This document shows, in pieces, positions 33,229-46,400 of a stretch of DNA of 64,000 bases. Within the stretch, counting starts at the first letter, position 1, and every line of letters begins with the position of its first letter. The DNA comes from Bugula neritina. Taxonomy: Eukaryota; Animalia; Bryozoa. Location of the stretch: assembly GCA_964035545.1 (NCBI GenBank), contig OZ037767.1:6650707-6714706 (forward strand), read 5' to 3'. Below the pieces are notes generated by a model that saw only the letters and a list, made by a program, of their open reading frames with translations, searched no databases and was not told the origin of the DNA. A program made the translations under genes and the position numbers.

Positions 33229-34205
33229 TCTAACACTACTAACTTCATCATACACTCGGCATGACTCTATTATACTATATAGTACACAACATGGCTATGG
33301 CATATTAGTATAATATCGTAATACATGGCTGCAGTATACTATAGCATAGTTTTATATAATATCGTTGCAACATGATTTAGCTCTTGGATACTCATAGTGC
33401 ACTAGTAAATATGGGGTAAATAACATAAATACATGTGATGATTACCTCACAGTCCTAATTTTATAAGCTGAATATGTGAAAAAGTAATAATTATATCAAC
33501 TAAATGATTATATTTAACAGCTTCAACACTTCTTTTGTACTATTCACTGTTAAGTTTGTGTTGCAAGAAACTCAGAAATTCATTTCAATTAATAGTTTTA
33601 GAATAATTTGACCAAATAAAACAATATTTTGTGAAATAGTCTTTGCATATAATATATATATGTGTAACTATATGCACATATTAGAATTATAAATGTATAT
33701 ATATGTATAATATCGTATCTAATTATTTTTTTCTACACAATTAGTTCAGTGAGATACTTAATTAATGATTAAAACACATAAGTCAACCTAAAAAGTGGGT
33801 TAGAAACAGTTTGACATGTTATATGCACAGTACGTCTCATGAAAATGTCAGTCAAAAGTCGTATACAAGCCAAATAGACACGTTACAAAGAAAGATGGTA
33901 CCAATTAATATAGATTTACTTGTTTTTTAAATATTAAATTCTATAATAGTATATATTTGCTAATTTTTACACGTATGCCTAAGAAAAAAATAACTCAAAT
34001 ATGGTCACATATTGTAATATACACAACAATGGTCTCAACTGTAAACTCAACAATGAACATCATTACCTCGTGACATAAAGTCACAAACTTCACAGCAGAC
34101 GAATAAGTTGGATGTGATATTTTACTACTCAAGATACTATTTCTACTTTAAAAGCTAGTCATGTATGTGATTTGTGATTTCTCCATGTTTACTAAAGGTG
34201 ATGTC

Positions 34206-35089
34206 ATGTGGGCAAAGAGAGTGATTCATAATAAATCAACAGTAAGTAAAATGTTACGCAATACGTTATGACTTGAGATTACAAATTTATTTTAGTAGTG
34301 AATTTTAAAGTAGAGATATCAAACATATTTAATTTGTGGTTACTTCTCTTATGTAAAGCAAATGTATATATTCATTGCAAAAAGAATACAAATTAAAATA
34401 CTATTATATCTGCAATATTTCACTTACAGAAGGAGCAGCTGGAAATTCTCCAGGAGTTGGGAGTCGTCTACAAAATGTTTCGTAAGAAGCAAATAACAAA
34501 AATTCAACTCAGAAACTTGCAACAAGTTATTTTAACTCAGGTAACTGAACTTATATATTTATTAAAATGGTAAAAAATTTAAAACAAAAATAAAAAATGA
34601 GGGTTTAATGGGCACAATAACCATTCTTTCAAAGTCAGCTTCAAAATATATATTGTTTAAGTATATCTAAGCATATGGAGCAAAGTTTGTTTTCAGTTTG
34701 ATAAAACTGAAAAATCTCTTCCTGTTTCAGACAGTAGGAAACTGCCCTGAAATTAACTTAAAAGCTCAATCACCAATATCTGATAAGATTCAAAAGCTTG
34801 AAACTAAAATGTCCAGCTCCTACACAGTGAACAAGGTAATTCTCTCAATTGTATATAAACTATGTTGTAGTCTTATCATTATATTGTAGTTTTATTGGTA
34901 CATTATATAAAAGTGAGCAACTGATTTATATAAAGAGAAATGAAATACTATTTTAAGCCACAAGCTACAGTTGGTGTACCTCCACCAAAGAACTTCACAG
35001 AGCTTTGTCCTCTCATCACCATTCCCATAGCAAGACACTCACTGGAGTATTTATATATTTGTTTATTAGTAGCTTGCACCTTGTTTTAG
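34206..35089 (+). CDS. Possible 4-exon orphan ORF or gene fragment (127 aa)
   Basis: Exons 34206-34241, 34430-34540, 34731-34835, 34958-35089; good splice sites, all phase 0, no stops; no recognisable domain. Confidence 0.35.
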
Positions 35090-38000
35090 AAACCTACATT
35101 AATTGGAGGAAATGTGAAAGCTAAGATATGTAGATATGAGAAGCTGGAAGGACTGTGAATATAAAAGTTGTGTATAGCTGAACAATTGAGCTGCAGTGTT
35201 ATACTAGAGTTGTCCTCTCTTATTGAATGTAAAGTACTGCTTACAATAGCATGTAGTAGAGTGAGAATATGAAGTGTTGAATGACATCACAGAGATCAAT
35301 TCTCATACAGACATCACATAGTAACTCTGTTATGACATGTCAGAGCAGGTGGTATATATATGACTAAAATGGTGTCTATAGGCCTACATATTATATTATA
35401 AGTCATCACCTGCATATTATATAGTAACTACATGACATCTTACCATTTAGATGTTCATTTACCATCTGTGTGTTATCTTTCCTCCTCATGAATACTTATC
35501 TTTGTTCATTTTTCCAATATATTAGGTGGAAATAAGTTACTTATTATACTGACTGTAGTTGCTTAATATTTTTTCTGGGCTTTTTGCCAAATAAAATTCT
35601 AAAACATTTTGTTTATAATGTTTTGGTCTTGTGTTACAAAGCACTACATAATGCGAGTATGGGTATAGTAGCTATACTAACTTTTGTAGTATCTGCAGTT
35701 TAAATCCCAAATACATTACTATATAACGAAAAACACTCCACTTGCTCATTTTTATTGGGTAAAACTCTTCAAGTATAAAATTCAGTAATAAGGTAAAGTT
35801 TCTTCTTTAACCATTGAAAGTAAAGAGCAAAATTTAATGTGGTCTAATCATGTTTACGGGTACTTTCTTGAAGTAAAAGTTGCCAGTCAAACACTTTAAT
35901 ATAATTTATTAGACTCAAGTATCTGTGATAATAGATCTTGCAAATAAATAATCTAGTTGTTTATATAAAATGTCACTTTCACACTCTATTATTCACATGA
36001 ATCCTATAGCTATCAATATATAGAATCTATAAAAAAAATCTCTTAAAAGCAAAATCACAGCATCATTGAACTATCCACCTGTCCATTGTACCAAATGTTG
36101 AAATGCCTTATAACTTTGGGCAGATAACTCTTGTCAGATTTGCTTCAACATGCACTCAGAGTTGAAGGTGAAACTAAGACAAATTTGGATTATAATTTTC
36201 ACTCAAGCAGTTTGCTGCTAACTGAAACTACATTATAGATGCATCAATAGTAAAGTACGTGGGCTTAACTGTTATAAACTGCAGTGCTGCTACTATACCA
36301 ACCCTGAATAGAAGGCTGGACAGTGAGCTTGCTTATAAGAACTTACTCTAAACAATGCTGTGCTGCATACCAGTTGTTGCATATTTTTAAGAGCAGTTAT
36401 ATAAGCACTCTGCAATTTCAACAAGTATTACTGGCTTTAGTATGCCATGCGGAAAGCAATAAACAAAAGCAGATATAAAAACAAGCCACAGTTTTGTGGT
36501 GAAGAAATAGATCCTTAAGAAAACTAATAAAACAGCAGCTCACATGCAATCTATTTTAACCCTTCATACACCATACAGTGTACTTTTCCACAACCTCTAC
36601 TAAAGTCTACAAAATTATCTGCTAATTGCAGCTGGAAATATCAGCCTCTTTTTTAAACTTTGCATTAAAACAGATTGGTCTTTTAATATAGTTGGAACAC
36701 TGAACTGTGTTTAGTTCTGTGTTCAGATTCTGGAAAACAGTCTAAAAGTAACACTATATATACTTCATAGAGAAATACACAACTTATCTGACTGAAAAGT
36801 AAGTTTAATTAATGCAGTAAGCTTTCTTTATTTGTTTAAACACAGTTAGTTTAAGGTCATTACTTTCCAGATTCAAGCACTGCTTTATGTTATATATAAA
36901 CGGTTTCCAGGGGATAGCTCGAACAGTTTTTGTCTCACATTAATAAATTTTACATGAAAAGATAGCTCTTGCATTCCTCTTTCATATACTTTTTTAATTT
37001 TTCAATAAAAAATTTTCTGAGAAAGTTGTTGCATAATAAGTAAAATTTTACACCCTCCATGTTCCACTGCTGTAGCACAGGGGATTTATTTTATAAAGTC
37101 TAAAAGTTAAACTTGACATTCCTTGATATGTTTTCTCTAATATACTTTCTTTGTTTTTTGAAATTCTGTTTATGCTCTTCACAATTTGGTAAAAACATAC
37201 ACCATTATGCAAGTTTCACTGCAATTTTCTAAATTCTTCATATGGTGGTTCTAGCTACGCTCCTGTGACTAATTATAACATCCCTAGTACGTTTGCTGCT
37301 CTGCGCGCTATCACAATAACATATAGTACCCTCTCGCACAAATTGGCAATCTATTGGATTTCTGCCAATATAATGTTCCCTGTTTTACATTAGCACTTAG
37401 CTGAATCATCTCATTATGTTACAATCTATTGACAATGCCTCAGCACAACATAATTCTTTGTTTGTTTGGCAGAGTTAATTTCAGCTAAATCACTTCACTT
37501 TGCAGTCTTGTCAGTAAAGGTCTGTCTATATTGCAGCAGGTGTACTTCCAGTTTCTCTAATTCACATATGATTATTTCAAGTACATTGTATTCTATAAGA
37601 TCAATTTAAAGTTTAGCCCAGTGTTCAGTAGCTAAGTATTATGCATGTATGTTGTCTTACTGTTGAACAAAAGTTAAAAAACCTTTAAAATTATAGCCAT
37701 ATTTATTATACATGCATAGGATTTGCATAAGTTGACAAAAAAAATTGCAACATACTGGGATTGAACCATGACCAACCAACTTCTCGCCGCCGCCTATAAC
37801 CTCTGGACCACGCAGTCATCGTTAATAAATTGCCAACTATATGAGTAACTATGAGTACATAAATATTTCGCGCGCAAATGGGTTATAATTATTAGGCTGT
37901 CAATTCATGTTGATTAGCAGTGAACTGTTGCAATAGCCTCTGGTTACTAGCAAAGCTAATGGTTTTGAACAAATAACCCAACAGTTTAAAAATAAGTAGC

Positions 38001-39487
38001 TTGCGTATTACTAGCTACAAAAACAGGTCTGAAATAGACTAATAAAGCAAGGTCTTATTGTAGAGTTTGCCGATGTGCTCTAAAATAAAACTTAAACTGT
38101 ATGGTATTACATGAGTATTTGTATGCGAGAGATAAATCAACAATACTGAGTTTCTGGAAAACAACATACTTGAAGTTAACTTTGACAATGGTGTGTTATT
38201 TTCATCATGCACTAGCACAGGTAGGGCCTATAGCATAAATCTCTAATCATATGAATCTTTATGAAGCCCACAGCTCATGTAAGGGTGGCAATGTAATTTG
38301 AAACTAAAAATTATGTTGCTGCATTGTGTCTAAGGTATATTAGAGAGCAGAATTTAATTTTACTAGCCTACCCCAACGGCATTCTACAATGCAGCTTATA
38401 TGCTGGCAGTTGTAATAAGTACTGTCAATAGCAAGGTTACTATCACTGCTAGCTCTGTGCAGTATGTAACCTCTTGAATAATTGCGCCAATTTTAAACTC
38501 TTGGAAGTTGGCCAAGTTATCATATCGCAGCCAGCCACCGGAGACAAAGCATCAGAGCTATTCATATAATATTATACTGATGCACTTGGTAGCAAATGTG
38601 GCTAATCTAATATAGTTCATAGTTCAACACCCTTTACTTTGGGAATACAGCCTCTTTTTTTAGGTTTACCTAACAAAGCATGAAAATATCTAAACTGATA
38701 TTCTGATAATTTAGAGGTAAATTTTGAAAACTAGGTTAATTGCACTTGTTTGCACAACAACAATAATAAAATATATATTATGCAGTATAATAAAAACACA
38801 CATAATACTATAATATAATATATTATAATGATAATAATATAATATTATAAGTACCATTACTGCATTTTATAACTAGGATGGTTGCCGAAAAAATGTTTCA
38901 CAAATTCTGTAATTATACATCAAAAATAGAACTAGCTAGGCAGCAGGTTAGAATAGAGTAAATTTTTAAAACATGAAATCATGATTTGACTATCGTTTTA
39001 TTTAGGCCAACCAACCTAGGAATACAAGATTGGGTTTTAGCTGACAGTTTATAACATTTAGCTTTTGAGCCAGCAGCACTGGCACTTGTGAAGTATAGGC
39101 AAAGTTAGTGAAGCGAGACTAACGAGCACTCAAATACAAGGCATATTGAGACACAATAACAAGTCAGGAGCGTATAAATTAAAAAGAATGTGGAAGGGGG
39201 ACTATATTTTTCAACACGCTATAACTTAAACATGAATTGGCTTTTGAAAAAAATAAAAAAGTATATTGGAGAACATAAGTTTCTTTATCTTTTCATATTT
39301 TTTTTGTTCTTGTGACATTCAACCTGTTCGAGCTATCAGTGGAACATTGTTCATATAGAACATAAAGCACCTGGCAAAGAGCCAGAAAATGAAAAGTATG
39401 ACCTTAAACCAACTGTGAATATCTTTACTTTTTCTAATAAGAGTATTGGCTTCACCTCTAACATAATACTAACAGCATTCCACAATG

Positions 39488-41100
39488 TCAGCAATCCCTC
39501 GTGTGACGAGTATGATGTCTGCTTGCAAGCCCTAGTCTGTGCCATGATCCGTAATCCGTTCTAGTTCAAAAATCCATAAAATCCTACTAGAGGTTGTGAG
39601 TTCTGAGGTGACTCACAAGCCCAATTCGAAATCGGCATAATTTGCCACAGTGAGGACAAATGTTACTAGAGTCAGTCACTGGTGGGTGTGTAACAGAGCA
39701 TAACTCCCTGCTTTTCCTTAACAACCGTTTGTGCTCTCGTTTTTGGCGTTGTTGTTGTTCAAAAATCGCTGTCCCTTGATGCACAACAGTTCTCCAATTT
39801 TTTCTGTCCAAGGCCTGAACTTCCCAGGTCTGTGGTCGAATGAAACACTGCTTAAGGCTCTCGTGTAGAGTGTCTTTATACCTTTTCCTCTGACCACCCT
39901 GTGAGCGATTTCCAGTGTTCAGCTCAGAGTACATGATCTTTTTTGGTAGCCGGTTATCATCCATTCTTACCACATGGCCAGACCACTTCAGTTGTCTCTT
40001 CACAATCATGGTAGTAATACTTGTAGTTTGAGCTTTATCGAGGACACTGTTAGTAGTCTGCCTGTCTGCCATTTGACTCCGAGGATTCGCCTGAGACTGC
40101 GGTTGTGAAATTTCTCGAGGGACAGCAGGTTGTGGCTGTAGGTTACCCAAGTTTCAGAGGCATAAAGTAGTGTCGGGAGAACAATGGCTTTGTATACTTT
40201 TAGTTTGGTCTGTCTGTATATATCCTTGTTGTTGAAAACGCGTGTTTGCAGCCTCCCAAATGCGGAGCTGGCGGCCTGGAGTCTTCGGTTTATTTCAGCA
40301 TCAATGTTTGCTTTAGAGGATAGGCAGCTACCTAAATAGTTGAAGGTAGTGACTTGGTCTAATATTTGGTCTCCCACCTTGAGGGAAAAATCCTCATGTC
40401 TTTCAGTATTCGGGTGTGGTTGGTACATTACTTGCGTCTTCTTGGCATTGAGTGTTAGACCAAGAGAGGTGTATGCTGTATTGAATGCTGTGAGAGCAAG
40501 TTGAAGTTCCTCCTCGGGATGAGCCATGATCATGTTATCATCAGCATACTGCAGTTCATGGATAGCCTCGGTAGCTGTCTTCGTCTTAGCTCTGAGACGT
40601 CTGACATTGAAAATATCATTAAATCTATATCTGATTCTTACTCCAGATGGCATACATTCACTCACTAGTTGAAGTACAGCAGTGAGGAAAATCGAGAACA
40701 ATGTAGGTGCTATCACACATCCCTGTTTTACTCCTGTGTTCACAGGAAACTCCTTAGAGTGGTCTCCATCAACTAATACTGATGCCTTCATGTCATCATG
40801 TAAGATGCGAATGATGGTAACTAATTTGTCAGGGCATCCAATCTTGCCTAGCACTTTCCCAGATCTGGCCACTGGCACCTTATCGACTACATCATTGTCA
40901 AACAACGGGATGTGCAGGATGTGCGTATAACCCGAGCTATGGACCTATCTGATGCTTGCTGGACAGACCATCGACTGATTCTGGCAAAAATGAACATATG
41001 TATTCATCCAAAACAAATGAACAGGAAAAGAAAGCAGACAAAAATAAATCTATCGCTGCTCAACCAGCCAGAAATAAAGCAGGGCTTCCAAAGGGTAATA
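39488..41100 (-). mobile_element. RTE (BovB-like) LINE, 5'-truncated with an inverted endonuclease fragment
   Basis: Minus strand: GVKQGCVIAPTLF, LQYADD, LLYASETW, LKWSGHVVRM, C2H2 CPHC..H..TH, one frameshift near 40060; plus strand 40858-41095: PRSGHWHLIDY..WTDHRL (APE C-terminus). Confidence 0.9.
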
Positions 41101-41374
41101 GGTAATAGGTAATAATAGAAGCACACCACAACTATAGTCAATAACTGTTCCAGGAAAAGCTATAAATACAGGAGAGAAAAATATAACTGAATTAAAATTT
41201 TCAAGTATAAGAAACTTTTCAATATTTATAAGTTGCATTCCAGTTTACCTTTTTGGCATATATATAATATTATATTGTTCCTGACACTTGGCTATTTTGT
41301 ATGTCTAGACATATGTTGGCAAATTCACTTCTGCTTAAGCTGCTATATTGCGAAAACTTTATGTATTATTTAGC

Positions 41375-42930
41375 ATCATATTAAATACTATGTACTGTTG
41401 CAACATAATAGCCTTAAATAAACCCGTCATCTCGTGAAAAGTAGCAATAAAGAATACTTTTTAAGATGAGGAAATATGATTTCTATTTGGCTGGTATCTT
41501 TTTGATGATATCTGAATCATAAAAGTACAGTGCAAGTGACCTACATGCTTGAGTGGGCATAAGTCTGGGTGACTTTCATATACAGTCTTATAACCAAATT
41601 GTATCTAAAATAATTGAAATAAAATGTCTGAGCCAACGTATGTAAGTGAGCAATTCATGCCAGAATATCTAGTTGCTTTCCTCCAGCTACCTGTGAGCAG
41701 TTTATACCTTGCTTGCATTAGGATATGGTGGAAAGGAAATATAGCCTGCACAGTAAGTATTGCTCACATATGTCAATGCCAGTTATAATGTTACTTTTTA
41801 TATAGTTCTGATTGCCTATAGTCAAAGAACTGTAATTTAAAACACAGAAATCTGCTTGATTTTATTAGTACATGTTATATTCAAAGCTTATATTTTTTGC
41901 TGAGATATTTATCGAGATTTAAATTGCTCTAATGTTTTGAAACCATTTCGCTGGCATAATCTCAAAAAGGATCATAGCTTTTGTGAATACGATTAGCATT
42001 ATGGTTCGATCAAGCTGGAATCTTGACTTAAAACAAACCTGAGCTTCATCAGCTGATAAAAAACTATACACATGTCTGTACACGTTTTTGTAGTGAGTCA
42101 ATCTCATCATATATGCCAGTTATATAGTTGAGCTAAATTGGAATTAGATTTGAGCAAAAATAATATTAATTAACAATGTGGAATTAGAATGAGAACTATG
42201 AGGAAAACATGATTGCAATTATTTGCATATAGAAAAGGTTGTTATTGCAACTTTTTTTATTTTATAAAATGTAATAAAGGTTTCAGCAGTTACACAACCA
42301 ATTGGGTAATGCTGCTTTGAATACTGGAAAATATTTTTAGCATTGAAAGATAATTTTTTCTTCAGGTGTTACTTTCAAAGCACTACTTAAAAATGTACCA
42401 AAAACAATTAAATCTCACAAAAATATCAAAAATAAATAATTGAACCAATTAATCTTATACACTACATTACTGAGTTAACTTATTATCAGTAGTCATTTTA
42501 TAAAAATATGAGTTTAAACTTGTTTTCAAAAACTCGGTGAATCATCAAGCAACATATTAAAAACTAGGTGCTGGTGGGAAATAATAGCTTTAAATAGACC
42601 TTCCAGTGGAAAGCAAAAACATGTATGGTGTATGACATACTTTTTAATTATAGCTGATTGATTGTATTTTATGGTAAAGTACAATATGAACTACATGCTT
42701 GAGTGGGCATAAGTCTGAGTGGCTTTCATCCATATAGCAGTTTTATCTATTATAGTATCTAAAATAATTAAAATAATATGTCTGAACCCATTTATAAGAG
42801 AGTATTAATTATACCAGAGTATCTAATTTACGTTCCTCCAGCTATTTGAAAGCTCTTGCTTGTATCAGGATATGGTGCTAGGGAAGAAGCGGGCTGTAAG
42901 TATATCACTTACGTGTTGTACTCTATCAAT
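41375..42930 (+). promoter_or_regulatory. Duplicated putative promoter/5'UTR exon block of copy B (single copy upstream of A at ~26290-26700)
   Basis: Homologous blocks ~41375-41790 and ~42550-42930 sharing CTACATGCTTGAGTGGGCATAAGTCTG; each ends in a GTAAGT donor (41753, 42896; 26675 for A). Confidence 0.45.
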
Positions 42931-43480
42931 ATCAGTGTTCCTATATAAATTTACATCAATTCTGCTCGGTGATGAAATACCTTCAACTTCAAAGATAAAA
43001 ATTTGTTTTGTCTTAAAGTTTAGTTTTAAAATATATAATATTTGAAGCACTAATTTGTTTTTTATGATTATGAAGATTTTATAATATGTTAAAAAAGACA
43101 CATTATTTAGAAAAAATTTTGAGGCGCTATTAATGTTTTGAAACTTATACAAACTACAGCTAACTTCCATCATGCTAACTTTTATATATTGAGTGTATCG
43201 ACTACGTTATATGGACTCAAAAATGTCGAAAAGTGCAAATTAGTAAACAGAATTTATTTTAGTTAAATCATATTTCAATATATTTTACTATTTGACAGGT
43301 ATAGTAAGACTGAATATTTCGTGCCAGCATTTTAAAGTCCTTCACAAGCAAATATTATACTTTGTGCTATATGTACATCCTGTGCAATTTTGAAACCAGA
43401 GAGAAGATTATTGACTGCTTTTAAAATTCTTTAAAAGAGTTCAAGTCTTGTTTTATAATCTCAGAACCAGCTGTTTAATT

Positions 43481-46400
43481 ATGGAGATGACGAGTCAAAC
43501 AGAACCACTTTTGATTGACAGCAACGAATCCTCATCTGAGTGTGATATTAATACAGGTAAGACACCCTGTGTTTTGTGTTGTTTTGTGTTATTGTTTCAG
43601 CTATCGTGAAAGAGAGAGAACGTGCTCAAGTTAGTTGATTAATGAAAGAAGCCGAAGCCGTGTTTTATTACCACAATATATAATATACAATGTAATACTA
43701 AAACTATTATAAGATAAGTGAAACAATTGATTATTATGATTATATACAAAAATAGTAAAATAATAAAATAACATTGTAAATATATGTTTACATGAATACT
43801 GAATACCCTGTATAAACTTGCTGTATCATACAGGGTGTATTATAGGTGTTAGTGTTAAAATGTATAATATTATTTTATTTTAATTTAATATGTTATCATA
43901 GTATAACATTATAACAATGTATTTTAATGATGCAAAACTCAATCACCTGTCTGGGTTTATTGTCACCATTCTGGTTGGAATGCCTGATGAAGGAGGTTTG
44001 TTTTCAACACGTTATAAGGACTTTTCACTATTGCTGTAAACAAACAATTATGACAGAATGTTTTTCCTAACATCACCAATGGTCTTTACTCCACATATAG
44101 TGCACTCAGACTCTTAAACCACAGCTGCTTCCACATCATATAACAAAGTAATATTTAATTGGAATTATATTTTAATAAATGGATATTATATTATAATATT
44201 ACATTATATTTATTTGATATGTTTTGATATACTAATATAATAATATATAACATATTGTTACAAGTATCAATATAATTGAGTATGCTATATTCTAATACTG
44301 ATATATAATGTTATGCTATAATAATATAATAGCATATAGTAGATTCAAAAAGCAGAAATTGTAAATTAAATAATTTTACCTCAAAAAGCACCATCATTGA
44401 TACTTTTATTTTCTAAAATATATATAGTAGTAGTATTTATAACATTAAGAAGTGTGAGCACTAAGTTATTTATTGCAAATAAATGCAGGAGTTAGTGCTT
44501 TATGTAAATATAAGTTTAGGTATTAGGTTTAGGATTATTGCAAAGTGTTGTACTACTTTAGTAAACGCAAAACCAAAATGGACTAGGAAGCAAATATTGA
44601 CAGTCATTACTCTTTGTATGACGAATATGATACAAGCGTCTGCTTTTGGAGTTATCTCTCCATTCTTTCCGAGTGAAGCTGCAAAGAAAGGAGTCAGTAC
44701 AGTTGTAGTTGGCTTTATATTTGGGACATATGAGCTGGTGGAGTTTTTGGCTTCCCCAATATTTGGATCCATAGTATGTATGAAGCTGACAGTTTATAGT
44801 GTAACAAAACAGTATCCTAAACCAATACATTCCTAGTATAATAGACTGGTACATCCCTATAGTATACTAAACTGGTACATCCCTAGTATACTATACTGGT
44901 ACATTCCTAGTATCCTAAACCAATACATTCCTAGTATACTAGGCTGGTATATTTTTAGTATACTAGACTGGTACATCCCTAGTATACTAGACTGGTACAT
45001 CCCTAGTATACTAGACTGTTACATCCCTAGTATACTAGACTGGTACATCCCTATAGTATACTATACTAGTACATTCCTAGTATACTAGACTGGTACATCC
45101 CTATTATACTAGACTGGCACATCCCTATAGTATACTATACTGGTACATCCCTATAGTATACTATACTAGTACATTCCTAGTATACTAGACTGGTACATCC
45201 CTAGTATACTAGACTGTTACATCCCTAGTATACTAGACTGTTACATCCCTAGTATACTAGGCTGGTATATCTTTAGTATGCTGTACTAGACTAATACATC
45301 CCTAGTATACTAGACTAATACATCCCTAGTATACTAGACTGGTACATTCCTAGTATACTATACTGGTACATTTATAGTATACTAGACTAGTACTTCCTTA
45401 TTATAATAGACTGGTACATTCCTGGTGCATCTGCTGTGACACATTTAGTACATTTGATTTATTAACACGCATGTCCAAAACTAACTTTTTGAAATCTTTT
45501 CCTGTTTTTTTTGCAGCTTCAAACTTTAACTGCTTTAAAGGTTTATAAAAGTTTTTGATATAAAGGTTTCACAATATCATTTTTTTTATAACAGATAGTA
45601 AAGGTTGGTGCTAGAAACATGTATCTGCTGGGAAGCTTCTTACTGGGTGGCAGCAGCTTAGCCTTTGGGTATGTAATATAATATGTTTTGTTTATTAGAA
45701 AACTAGTCTATTACTAATTTATCAATGAGCACACAAGTATACCCAATCTATCACGATTATATATAGGGTGTGTCAAAAGCAATGCTAGATTTATTTCTAC
45801 CAGTGCAAAAGTACCAAATAGCAATTTCTAGCCAACACAACAGTGACAAGAATTTTAGAAGGCGCAGTTCTATTTTTAAATTGAGATAATGTAAACATAA
45901 AAGTGACAATTAGGTCTTATTAATATGTATTTTATGACAAGATTCCTAGACAGAGTTCCATCTGGAAGTGGCTACATTGCTTTGTGCATTTTGTGTCGAG
46001 TGGTAGAAGCTATTGGTGGATCTCTGGCTATGACGTCTGCTTACGCTATTGTGACTTCAACATTACCTGATGATGTTGGAACAGCTGTTGTAAGTGTCGA
46101 GGTGACTTTAATTTTGAAAGTGTTTCACAATAAAGTAAAATATTTAGTGGTCTTAAGATATAAAACTTCCTGAAGACTAAAGTAAAGCAAGAGAAATTTT
46201 AATGCACTGCACTAGAGGTTTCATTGCATCATCCTGTAATAGAAGTAAGAAAATTTATGATCCTCAACTGTTTTGCTGTGTTTAGGTCATTCAAAATTGA
46301 TTCTTTATTTACTTGTAGATTCAATAGCATATTAAAAGAATCAACTAAAAATACTGCTAAACTTTGTATACATATATTTAATTTACTTTAGTATATGTTA

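Noticed and set aside
35900-38600. Coding-looking minus-strand patches (e.g. LEIIICELEKLEVHLLQY)
   Set aside because: Riddled with stops and no recognisable motif; cannot be assigned without a search
44810-45425. CRISPR-like palindromic repeat array
   Set aside because: No unique spacers, intronic, eukaryotic; a tandem minisatellite
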